This document shows positions 36,658 through 48,600 of a stretch of 64,000 nt of DNA, in pieces; the stretch's first letter is position 1; the number at the start of each line of letters is the position of its first letter. The DNA lies in contig NC_043019.1 of NCBI RefSeq assembly GCF_006345805.1, forward strand, positions 15,995,360 to 16,059,359, in the 5' to 3' direction. The notes under the pieces were generated by a model. It searched no databases. It saw only the letters and a list, made by a program, of their open reading frames with translations, and was not told where the DNA came from. Source of the stretch: Octopus sinensis (Eukaryota). The position numbers and the translations under genes were made by a program.

Positions 36658-39600
36658 GTGAGTGCAGTGAGTGTAGTGAATGAAGTGAGTTCAGTGAATG
36701 CTGTGAGTGAGTGCAGTGAGTGCAGTGTGTGAGTGAGTGACTGCAGTAAATGCAGTGAGTGCAGTGAGTGAGTGAGTGTACTGAGTGCAGTGAGCGAGTG
36801 AATGAGTGCAGTGAATGAGTGAGTGCAGTGAGTGAATGAGTGCAGTGGGTGCAGAGAGTGAGTGAGTCATAGCAGTGAGTGCAGGAAGTGAGTGAGTGCA
36901 GTGAGTGCAGTGCGAGAGTGAGTGGAGTGAGGGATGTTAGTGCATCAAGTACAGTGACTGAGTGAGTACAGCGAATGAAGTGAGTGAATGCAGTGAATGA
37001 GTGCAGTGAGTGAGTGAGTGAGTGCAGTGATTTAGTGAGTGAATGAATTGATTGCAGTGAGTGAGTGTCGTGAGTGCATGAGTGCAATGAGTGAGTGCAG
37101 TGAGTGAAAGCAGTGAGTGCAGTGAGTGAGTGAGTGAAGTGAGTTAAGTGAGTGAAGTGTGTTAAGTGAGTGCAGTGATTATAGTGAGTGGGTGAGTGTA
37201 GTGAGTGTAGTGAGTGAGAGAAGTGAGTGCAGTGAGTGAGTGTAGTGAATGAAGTGAGGAAAGTGAATGCAGTGAGTGGAGTGTGTGAGTGCAGTGAATG
37301 AGTGAGTGCAGTGAATGCAGTGAGTGAGTGCAATAAGTGCAGTGAGTGAGTGCAATAATTGCAATGTGTGAGCGCAGTGAATTCAGTGAGTGCAGTGAGT
37401 GCGTGACTGCAGTGTGTGAGTGAGTGCAGTGCATGCAGTGAGTGCAGTGAGTGAGTGAGTGCAGTGAGGGAAGTGAGTGCAGTGAGTAAAGCAGTGAGTG
37501 AGTGAGTGCAGTGAGTGAGTGAGTGCAGTGAGCGAGTGAATGAGTGCAGTGAGTGAGTGAGTGAGTGCCGTTATTTAATGAGTGCATGAAGTGAGTGAGT
37601 GCAGTGATTACAGTGAGTGAGTGTAGTGAGTGATAGAAGTTAGTGCAGTGAGCAAGTGCAGTGTGTGAGGAAGTGTAGTGAATGAAGTGATGGAAGTGCA
37701 GATAGTGACTGAGTGCAGTGAGTGAATGCAGTGAATGAAGGGAGTGCAGTGAATGTAGGGAATGCAGTGGGAGCAGTGAGTGAGTTAAGTGAGTGCAGTG
37801 AGTGCAGTGAGTGTAGTGAGTGCAGTGAGTGTAGTGAATGCAGTGCGAGAGTGCGTGGAGGGAAGTTGGTGCAGTAAGTACAGTGACTGAGTGAGTACAG
37901 CGAATGCAGTGAATGAGGCAGTGAGTGAGTGCAGTGAGTAAGTGAGTGAGTGCAGTGATTTAGGGAGTGAGTGATTTGATTGCAGTGAGAGCAGTGAGTG
38001 AATGCAGTGAGTGAGTGAGTCAAGTGAGTTAAGTGAGTGAATTGTGTTTAGTGAGTGCAGTGATTACAGTGAGTGAGTGTAGTGAGTGTAGTAAGTGAGA
38101 GATGTGAGTGCAGTGAGCAAGTGCAGTGAATGAGTGTAGTGACTGAAGTGAATGCAGTGAGAACGGTGAATGAGTGAGTGCGGTGAGAGAGTGACTGCAG
38201 TCAGAGCTTGTTGTAGTTAGTGCAGTGAGTGAGTGAGTGATATGAATGCATTGGGTGCAGTGAGTACAATGAATACAGTGAGTGAGTGCGGTGGGTGCAG
38301 AGAGTGAGTGAGTGCAGAGAGTGAGTGAAGGCAGTGAGTGAAGTGAAACAATGAGTGAGTGTAGTGGGTGCAGTGAGTGAGTGATTGCAGTGAGTGCATG
38401 AGTGCAGTGAATGAGTGAGTGCAGTGATTGAGTGAGTGCAGTGAGTGAATGCACAGAATGAAGGGAGTGCAGTGAGTGCAGTGGGTGAGTAAAGTGAGTG
38501 CAGTGTGTGTAGTGAGTGATTGCAGTGATTGAGTGAGTGTAGTGAATGCAGTGAGTGCAGTGAGTGAGTGCAGTGGGTAAAAATAGTGAGTGAGTGCAGT
38601 GAGTGAGTGAGTGAAGTGGGTGCAGTGAGTGAGTGATTGCAGTGAGTGCGTGAGTGCAGTGAATGAGTGAGTGCAGTGATTGAGTGAGTGCAGTAAGTGA
38701 ATGCACTGAATGAAGTGAGTGCAATGGGTGAGTAAAGTGAGTACAGTGTCTGTAGTGAGTGATTGCAGTGAGTGAGTGAGTGTAGAGAATGCAGTGAGTG
38801 CAGTGAGTGAGTGCAGTAGGTGCGTGAGTGCAGTGAATGCAGTGGGAGCAGTCAGTGAGTGAAGTGAGTGCAGAAAGTGAGTGAGTGAAGTGGGTGCAGT
38901 GAGTGAGTGCAGGGAATGCGTGAGTGCAGGGAGTGAGTGCAGTGAGTGAATGCAGTGAATAAAGGGATTGCAGTGAATGCAGTGGGAGCAGTGAGTGAGT
39001 GAAGTGAGTGAAGTGAGTGCAGGGAGTGTAGTGAGTGCAGTGAGTGTAGTGAGTGCAGTGAGTGAGTGTAGTGAATGCAGTGAGTGAGTGCAGTGAGTGA
39101 ATTGAGAGAGTACAGTGAGTGATTGCAGTGAATGAGTGAGTGAGTGAGTGCAGTGAGTGTAGTGAGTGCAGTGAGTGAGTGCATTGAGTGCAGTAATTGA
39201 ATGAGTGAGTACAGTGTGTGTAGTGAGTTAAGTGAGTGCAGTGTGTGCAGTGAGTGAGTGTAGTGATTGCAGTGGGTGATTGAGTGCAGTGAGTGAAGAG
39301 AGTGAGTGCAATAAGTGAGTGAGTGAGTGCAGTGAGTGAGTGTAGTGAGTGCAGTGAGTGAGTGAGTGAGTGCAGTGAATGCAGTGAATAAAGGGAGTGC
39401 ACTGAATGCAGGGGGAGCAGTGAGTGAGTGAAGTGAGTGCAGTGAGTGCTCTCAGTGAGTGTAGTGAACGCAGTGAGTGAGTGAGTGCAGTGAGTGAATT
39501 GAGAGAGTACAGTGAGTGATTGCAGTGAATGAGTGAGTGTATTGAGTGCGTAATTGAATGAGTGAGTGATTGCAGTAAATGCAGGGAGAGCAGTTCTTGA

Positions 39601-42600
39601 GTGCAGTGAGTGCAGTGCGTGAGTGAGTGCAGTGCGTGAGTGAGTGAAGTGAAGAAAGTGAGGGCAGTGAGTGAGTGATTGCAGTGCATGAGTGAGTGCA
39701 ATGCGAGAGTGAGTGAAGTGCGTGAGTGAGTGCAGTGAAGAAAGTGAGGGAAGTGTGTGAGGGAGTGTAGTGAATGAAGTGATGGAAGTGCAGATAGTGA
39801 CTGAGTGCAGTGAGTGAATGGGGTGAATGAAGGGAGTGCAGTGAATGTAGGGAATGCAGTGGGAGCAGTGAGTGAGGGAAGTGAGTGCAGTGAGTGTAGT
39901 GAGTGCTGTGAGAGAATGCAGGAAATGACGGGAGTGCAGTGAATCAAGGAATGCAGTGGGAGCAGTGAGTGAGTGTAGTGAGTGTAGTGAGTGAAGTGAG
40001 TGCAGTGAGTGTAGTGACTGCAGTGATTGTAGTGAATGCAGTGAGTGAAGTGAGTGCAGTGAGTGTAGTGAGTGCAGTGAGTGAAGTGAGTGCAGTGAAT
40101 GCAGTGAGTACTGTGAGTGAATGCAGTGAATGAAGGGAGTGCATTGAATGCAGGGAATGCAGTGGGAGCAGTGGGTGAGTGCAGTGAATGTAGTGAATGC
40201 ATTGAGTGAAGTGAGTGCAGTGAGTGTAGTGAGTGCAGTGAGGGTAGTGAATGCAGTGAGTGAAGTAAGTGCAGTGAATGCAGTGAGTACTGTGAGTGAA
40301 TGCAGTGAATGAAGGGAGAGCATTGAATGCAGGGAATGCAGTGGGAGCAGTGGGTGAGTGCAGTGAATGTAGTGAATGCATTGAGTGAAGTGAGTGCAGT
40401 GAGTGTAGTGAGTGCAGTGAGGGTAGTGAATGCAGTGAGTGAAGTGAGTGCAGTGAATGCAGTGAGTACTGTGAGTGAATAGAGTGAATGAAGGGAGTGC
40501 ATTGAATGCAGGGAATGCAGTGGGAGCAGTGAGTGAGTGCAGTGAGTGTAGTGAATGCAGTGAGTGAAGTGAGTGCAGTGAGTGCAGAGAATGCAGTTAA
40601 TGCAGTGAGTGAAGTGAGTGCAGTGAATGCAGTGAGTACAGTGAGTGAATGCAGTGAATGAAGGGAGTGCATTGAATGCAGGGAATGCAGTGGGAGCAGT
40701 GAGTGAGTGCAGTGAGTGTAGTGAATGCAGTGAGTGAAGTGAGTGCAGTGAGTGTAGTGAGTGCAGTGAGTGTAGTGAATGCAGTGAGTGAAGTGAGTGC
40801 AGTGAATGCAGTGAGTAGTGCGAGTGAATGCAGTGAATGAAGGGAGTGCATTGAATGCAGGGAATGCAGTGGGTGAGTGCAGTGAGTGTAGTGAGTGCAG
40901 TGAGTGTAGTGAATGCGGTGAGTGAAGTGAGTGCAGTGACTGTAGTGAATGCAGTGAGTGAAGTGAGTGCAGTGAATGCAGTGAGTACTGTGAGTGAATG
41001 CAGTGAATGAAGGGAGTACATTGAATGCAGGGAATGCAGTGGGAGCAGTGAGTGAGTGCAGTGAGTGTAGTGAATGCAGTGAGTGAAGTGAGTGCAGTGA
41101 GTGTAGTGAGTGCAGTGAGTGTAGTGAATGCAGTGAGTGAAGTGAGTGCAGTGAATGCAGTGAGTACTGTGAGTGAATGCAGTGAATGAAGGGAGTGCAC
41201 TGAATGCAGGGAATGCAGTGGGAGCAGTGTGTGAGAGCAGTGAGTGTAGCGAATGCAGTGAGTGAAGTGAGTGCAGTGAGTGTAGTGAGTGCAGTGAGTG
41301 TAGTGAATGCAGTGAGTACTGTGAGTAAATGCAGTGAATGAAGGGAGTGCATTGAATGCAGGGAATGCAGTGGGAGCAGTGAGTGAGTGTAGTGAATGCA
41401 GTGAGTGAAGTGAGTGCAGTGAATGCAGTGAGTACTGTGAGTAAAGGCAGTGAATTCAGGGAGTGCATTGAATGCAGGGAATGCAGTGGGAGCAGTGAGT
41501 GTAGTGAATGCACTGAGTGAAGTGAGTGCAGTGAGTGTAGTGAATGCAGTGAGAGAAGTGAGTGCAGTGAATGCAGTGAGTCCTGTGAGTGAATGCAGTG
41601 AATGAAGGGAGTGCATTGAATGCAGGGAATGCAGTGGGAGCAGTGAGTGAGTGCAGTAAGTGCAGTGAATGCAGTGAGTGAAGTGAGTGCAGTGAGTGTA
41701 GTGAGTGCAGTGAGTGTATTGAATGCAGTGATGGAAGTGAGTGCAGTGAATGCAGTGAGTACTGTGATTGAATGCAGTGAGTGAAGGAAGTGCATTGAAT
41801 GCAGGGAATGCAGTGGAAGCAGTGAGTGAGTGCAGTTAGTGTAGTGAATGCAGTGAGAGAAGTGAGTGCAGTGAATGCAATGAGTACTGTGAGTGAATGC
41901 AGTGAATGAAGGGAGTACATTGAATGCAGGGAATGCAGTGGGAGCAGTGAGTGAGTGCAGTGAGTGTAGTGAATGCAGTGAGTGAAGTGAGTGCAGTGAG
42001 TGTAGTGAGTGCTGTGAGTGTAGTGAATGCAGTGAGTGAAGTGAGTGCAGTGAATGCAGTGAGTACTGTGAGTGAATGCAGTGAATGAAGGGAGTGCATT
42101 GAATGCAGGGAATGCAGTGGGAGCAGTGAGTGAGTGCAGTGAGAGTAGTGAATGCAGTGAGTGAAGTGAGTGCAGTGAGTGTAGTGAATGCAGTGAGTGA
42201 AGTGAGTGCAGTGAGTGTAGTGAATGCAGTGAGAGAAGTGAGTGCAGTGAATGCAGTGAGTACTGTGAGTGAATGCAGTGAATGAAGGGAATGCATTGAA
42301 TGCAGGGAATGCAGTGGGAGCAGTGAGTGCGTGCAGTAAGTGTAGTGAATGCAGTGATTGAAGTGGGAGCAGTGAGTGTAGTGAGTGCAGTGAGTGTAGT
42401 GAATGCAGTGAGTGAAATGAGTGCAGTGAATGCAGTGAGTACTGTGAGTGAATGCAGTGAATGAAGGGAGTGCATTGAATGCAGGGAATGCAGTGGGAGC
42501 AGTGAGTGAGTGCAGTAGGTGTAGTGAATGCAGTGAGTGAAGTGAGTGCAGTGAGTGTAGTGAGTGCAGTGAGTGTAGTGAATGCAGTGAGTGAAGTGAG

Positions 42601-45600
42601 TGCAGTGAATGCAGCGAGTAATGTTAGTGAATGAAGGGAGTGCATTGAATGCAGGGAATGCAGTGGGAGCAGTGAGTGAGTGCAGTAAGTGTAGTGAATG
42701 CAGTGAGTGAAGTGAGTGCAGTGAGTGTAGTGAGTGCAGTGAGTGTAGGGAATGCAGTGAATGCAGTGAGTACTGTGAGTGAATGCAGTGAATGAAGGGA
42801 GTGCATTGAATGCAGGGAATGCAGTGGGAGCAGTGAGTGAGTGCAGTGAGTGTAGCGAATGCAGTGAGTGCAGTGAATGCAGTGAGTACTGTGAGTGAAT
42901 GCAGTGAATGAAGGGAGTGCATTGAATGCAGGGAATGCAGTGGGAGCAGTGAGTGAGTGTAGTGAATGCAGTGAGTGAAGTGAGTGCAGTGAATGCAGTG
43001 AGTACTGTGAGTGAATGCAGTGAATGAAGGGAGTGCATTGAATGCAGGGAATGCAGTGGGAGCAGTGAGTGAGTTCAGTGAGTGTAGTGAATGCAGTGAG
43101 TGAAGTGAGTGCAGTGAGTGTAGTGAATGCAGTGAGAGAAGTGAGTGCAGTGAATGCAGTGAGTACTGTGAGTGAAAGCAGTGAATGAAGGGAGTGCATT
43201 GAATGCAGTGAATGCAGTGGGAGCAGTGAGTGAGTGTAGTGAGTGTAGTGAATGCAGTGAGAGAAGTGAGTGCAGTGAATGCAGTGAGAACTGCAAGTGA
43301 ATGCAGTGAATGAAGGGAGTACATTGAATGCAGGGAATGCAGTGGGAGCAGTGAGTGAGTGCTGTGAGTGTAATGAATGCAGTGAGTGAAGTGAGTGCAG
43401 TGAGTGTAGTGAGTGCAGTGAGTGTAGTGAATGCAGTGAGAGAAGTGAGTGCAGTGAATGCAGTGAGTACTGTGAGTGAATGCAGTGAATGAAGGGAGTG
43501 AATTGAATGCAGGGAATGCAGTGGGAGCAGTGAGTGAGTGTAGTGAGTGTAGTGAATGCAGTGATTGAAGTGGGTGCAGTGAGTGTAGTGAATGCAGTAA
43601 GTGAAGTGAGTGCAGTGAGTACTGTGAGTGAATGCAGTTAATGAAGGGAGTGCGTTGAATGCAGGGAATGCAGTGGGAGCAGTGAGTGAGTGTAGTGAAT
43701 GCAGTGAGTGAAGTGAGTGCAGTCAATGCAGTGAGTACTGTGAGTGAATGCAGTGAATGAAGGGAGTGCATTGAATGCAGGGAATGCAGTGGGAGCAGTG
43801 AGTGAGTGCAGTGAGTGTAGTGAAAGCAGTGAGTGTAGTGAGTGCAGTGAATGTAGTAAATGCAGTGAGTGATGGGAGTGCAGTGAATGCAGTGAATGAA
43901 GAGAGTACATTGAATGCAGGGAATACAGTGGGAGCAGTGATTGCAGTGAGTGTAGTGAATGCAGTGAGAGAAATGAGTGCAGTGAATGCAGTGAGTACTG
44001 TGAGTGAATGCAGTGAATGAAGGGAGTGCATTGAATACAGGGAATGCAGTGGGAGCAGTGAGTGAGGGTAGTAAATGCAGTGTGTGAAGTGAGTGCAGTG
44101 AATGCAGTGAATGTAGGGAGTGCATTGAATGCAGGGATTGCAGTGGGAGCAGTGAGTGAGTTCAATGAGTGTAGTGAATGCAGTGAGTGAAGTGAGTGCA
44201 GTGAATGCAGTGAGTACTGTGAGTGAATGCAGTGAATGAAGGTAGTGCATTGAATGCAGTGGGAGCAGTGAGTGAGTGCAGTAAGTGTAGTGAATGCAGT
44301 GAGTGAAGTGAGTGCAGTGAGTGTAGTGATTGCAGTGAGTGAAGTGAGTGCAGTGAATGCAGTGCGTACTGTGAGTGAATGCAGTGAATGAAGGGAGTGC
44401 ATTGAATGTAGGGAATGCAGTGGGAGCAGTGAGTGAGTGCAGTGAGTGTAGTGAATGCAGTGAGTGAAGTGAGTGCAGTGAGTGTAGTGGATGCAGTGAG
44501 TGAAGTGAGTGCAGTGAATGCAGTGAGAATTGTGAGTGAATGCAGTGAATGATGGGAGTGCATTGAATGCAGGGAATGCAGTGGGAGCAGTGAGTGAGTG
44601 CAGTGAGTGTAGTGAATGCAGTGAGAGAAGTGAGTGCAGTGAGTGTAGTGAGTGGAGTGAGTGTAGTGACTGCAGTGAATATTGTGAGTGAATGCAGTGA
44701 ATGAAGGGAGTGCATTAAATGCAGGGAATGCAGTGGGAGCTGTGAGTGAGTGCAGTGTGTGTCGTGAATGCAGTGAGAGAAGTTATTGCAGTGAATGCAG
44801 TGAGTACTGTGAGTGAATGCAGTGAATGAAGGGACTGCATTGAATGCAGGGAATGCAGTGGGAGCAGTGAATGTAGTGAATGCAGTGAGTGAAGTGAGTG
44901 CAGTGAGTGTAGTGTGTGTAGTGAATGCAGTGAGTGAAGTGAGTGCAGTGAATGCAGTGAGTACTGTGAGTGAATGCAGTGAATGAAGGGAGTGCATTGA
45001 ATGCAGGGAATGCAGTGGGAGCAGTGAGTGAGTGATGTGAGTGTTGTGAGTGTAGTGAATGCAGTGAGTGAAGTGAGTGCAGTGAGTGTAGTGAATGCAG
45101 TGAGTGAAGTGAGTGCCGTGAATACTGTGCGTGAATGCAGTGAATGAAGGGAGTGCATTGAATGCAGGGAATGCAGTGGGAGCAGTGAGTGAGTGCAGTG
45201 AATGTAGTGAATGCAGTGAGTGAAGTGAGTGCAGTGAGTGTAGTGAGTGCAGTAAGTGTAGTGAATGCAGTGAGTGAAGTGAGTGCAGTGAATGCAGTGA
45301 GTATTGTGAGTGAATGCAATGAATGAAGGGAGTACATTGAATGCAGGGAATGCAGTGGGAGCAGTGAATGAGTGCAGTGAGTGTAGTGAAAGCAGTGAGT
45401 GAAGTGAGTGCAGTGAGTGTAGTGAATGCAGTAAGAGAAGTGAGTGCAGTGAATGCAGTGAGGATTGTGATTGAATGCAGTGAATGAAGGGAGTGCATTG
45501 AATGCAGGGAATGCAGTGGGAGCAGTGAGTGAGTGCAGTGAGTGAAGTGAGTGCAGTGAGTGTAGTGAATGCAGTGAGTGAAGTGAGTGCAGTGAGTGTA

Positions 45601-48600
45601 GTGAGTGCAGTGAGTGTAGTGACTGCAGTGAGTGAAGTGAGTGCAGTGAATGCAGTGAGTACTGCGAGTGAATGCAGTGAATGAAGGGAGTGCATTGAAT
45701 GCAGGGAATGCAGTGGGAGCAGTGAGTGAGTGCAGTGAGTGTAGTGAATGCAGTGAGTGAAGTGAGTGCAGTGAGTGTAGTGAGTGCAGTGAGTGTAGTG
45801 AATGCAGTGAGAGAAGTGAGTGCAGTGAATGCAGTGAGTACTGTGAGTGAATGCAGTGAATGAAGGGAGTGCATTGAATGCAATGGGAGCAGTGAGTGAG
45901 TGCAGTGAGTGTAGTGAATGCAGTGAGTGAAGTGAGTGCAGTGAGTGTAGTGAGTGCAGTGAGTGTAGTAAATGCAGTGACTTAAGTGAGTGCAGTGAAT
46001 GCAGTGAATACTGTGAGTGAATGCAGTGAATGAAGGGAGTGCATTGAATGCAGGGAATGCAGTGGGAGCAGTGAGTGAGTGCATTGAGTGTAGTGAATGC
46101 AGTGAGAGAAGTGAGTGCAGTGAATGCAGTGAGTACTGTGCGTGAATGCTGTGAATGAAGGCATTGCATTGAATGCAGGGAATGCAGTGGGAGCAGTGAG
46201 TGAGTGCAGTGAGTGAAGTGAAAGCAGTGAGTGAAGTGAAAGCAGTGAGTGTAGTGATTGCAGTGAGTGTAGTGAATGCAGTGAGTGAAGCGAGTGCAGT
46301 GAATGCAGTGAGTACTGTGAGTGAATGCAGTGAATGAAGGTAGTGCATTGAATGCAGGGAATGCAGTGGGAGCAGTGAGTGAGTGAAGTGAATGCAGTGA
46401 GTGAAGTAAGTGCAGTGAATGCAGTGAGTACAGTGAGTGAATGCAGTGAATGAAGGGAGTGCATTGAATGCAGGGAATGCAGTGGGAGCAGTGACTGAGT
46501 GCAGTGAGTGTAGTGAATGCAGTGAGTGAAGTGAGTACAGTGAGTGCAGTGAGTATAGTGAATGCAGTGAGAGAAGTGAGTGCAGTGAATGCAGTGAGTA
46601 CTGTGAGTGAATGTAGTGAATGAAGGGACTGCATTGAATGCAGGGAATGCAGTGGGAGCAGTGAGTGAGTGCAGTGAGTGTAGTCAGTGCAGTGAGTGTA
46701 GTGAATGCAGTGAGTGAAGTGAGTGCAGTGAATGCAGTGAGTACTGTGAGTGAATGCAGTGAATGAAGGGAGTGCATTGATTGCAGGGGATGCAGTGGGA
46801 GCAGTGAGTGAGTGTAGTGAATGCAGTGAGTACCGTGAGTGAATACAGTGTATGAAGGGAGTGCATTGAATTCAGGGAATGCAGTGGGAGCAGTGAGTCA
46901 GTGATGTGAGTGTAGTGAGTGTAGTGAATGCAGTGAGTGAAGTGAATGCAGTGAGTGTAGTGAATGCAGTGAGAGAAGTGAGTGCAGTGAATGCAGTGTG
47001 TATTGTGAGTGAATGCAGTGAATGAAGGGAGTGCATTGAATGCAGGGAATGCAGTGGGAGCAGTGAGTGAGTGCAGTGAATGTAGTGAATGCAGTGAGTG
47101 AAGTGAGTGCAGTGAGTGTAGTGAGTGCAGTAAGTGTAGTGAATGCAGTGAGTGAAGTGAGTGCAGTGAGTACTGTGAGTGAATGCAGTGAATGAAGGGA
47201 GTGCATTGAATGCAGGGAATGCAGTGGGAGCAGTGAGTGAGTGCAGTGAATGCAGTGAGTACTGTGAGTGAATGCAGTGAATGAAGGGAGTGCATTGAAT
47301 GCAGGGAATGCAGTGGGAGCAGTGAGTGAGTGCAGTGAGTGTAGTGAATGCAGTGAGTGAAGTGCGTGCAGTGAGTGTAGTGAATGCAGTGAGAGATGTG
47401 AGTGCAGTGAATGCAGTGAGTACTGAGAGTGAATGCAGTGAATGAAGGGAGTGCATTGAATGCAGGGAATGCAGTGGGAGCAGTGAGTGAGTGCAGTGAG
47501 TGTAGTGAATGCAGTGAGTGAAGTGAGTGCAGTGAGTGTAGTGAGTGCTGTGAGTGTAGTAAGCAGTGAGTGGGAAAGTGAGTGCATTGAATGCAGTGAT
47601 TACTGCGAGTGAATGCAGTGAAGAAGGGAGTGCATTGAATGCAGGGAATGCAGTGGGGCAGTGAGTGAGTGCACAGTGAGTGTAGTGAATGCAGTGATGA
47701 AGTGAGAGCAGTGGAGGTAGTGTGTGCAGTGAGTGTAGTGGAGTGCATGAGTGTAGTGAATGCAGTGAAGAAGTGAGTGCAGTGAATGCAGTGAGTACGT
47801 GAGAGAATGGCATGAATAAGGGAGTGCATGAATGCAATGGTAGCGGTGAGTGAGTGCAGTGAGTGTAGTGAATGCTGTGAGTGAAGTGAGTGCAGTGAGT
47901 GTAGTGAATGCAATGAGTGTAGTAAATGCAGTGAGTTAAGTGAGTGCAGTTAATGCAGTGAGTACTGTGAGTGAATGCAGTGAATGAAGGGAGTGCATTG
48001 AATGCAGGGAATGCAGTGGGAGCAGTGAGTGAGTGCAGTGAGTGTAGTGAATGCAGTGAGAGAAGTGAGTGCAGTGAATGCAGTGAGTACTGTGTGTGAA
48101 TGCAGTGAATGAAGGCAGTGCATTGAATGCAGGGAATGCAGTGGGAACAGTGAGTGTAGTGAATGCAGTGAGTGAAGTGAGTGCAGTGAGTGTAGCGATT
48201 GCAGTGAGTGTAGTGAATGCAGTTAGTGAAGTGAGTGCAGTGAATGCAGTGAGTACTGTGAGTGAATGCAGTGAATGAAGGTAGTGCATTGAATGCAGGG
48301 AATGCAGTGGGAGCAGTGAGTGAGTGAAGTGAATGCAGTGAGTGAAGTGAATGCAGTGAAGGCAGAGAGTACTGTGAGTGAATGCAGTGAATGAAGGGAG
48401 TGCATTGAATGCAGGGAATGCAGTGGGAGCAGTGACTGAGTGCAATAAGTGTAGTGAATGCAGTGAGTGAAGTGAGTGCAGTGAGTGTAGTGAATGCAGT
48501 GAGAGAAGTGAGTGCAGTGAATGCAGTGAGTACTGTGAGTGAATGCAGTGAATGAAGGGACCGCATTGAATACAGGGAATGCAGTGGGAGCAGTGAGTGA

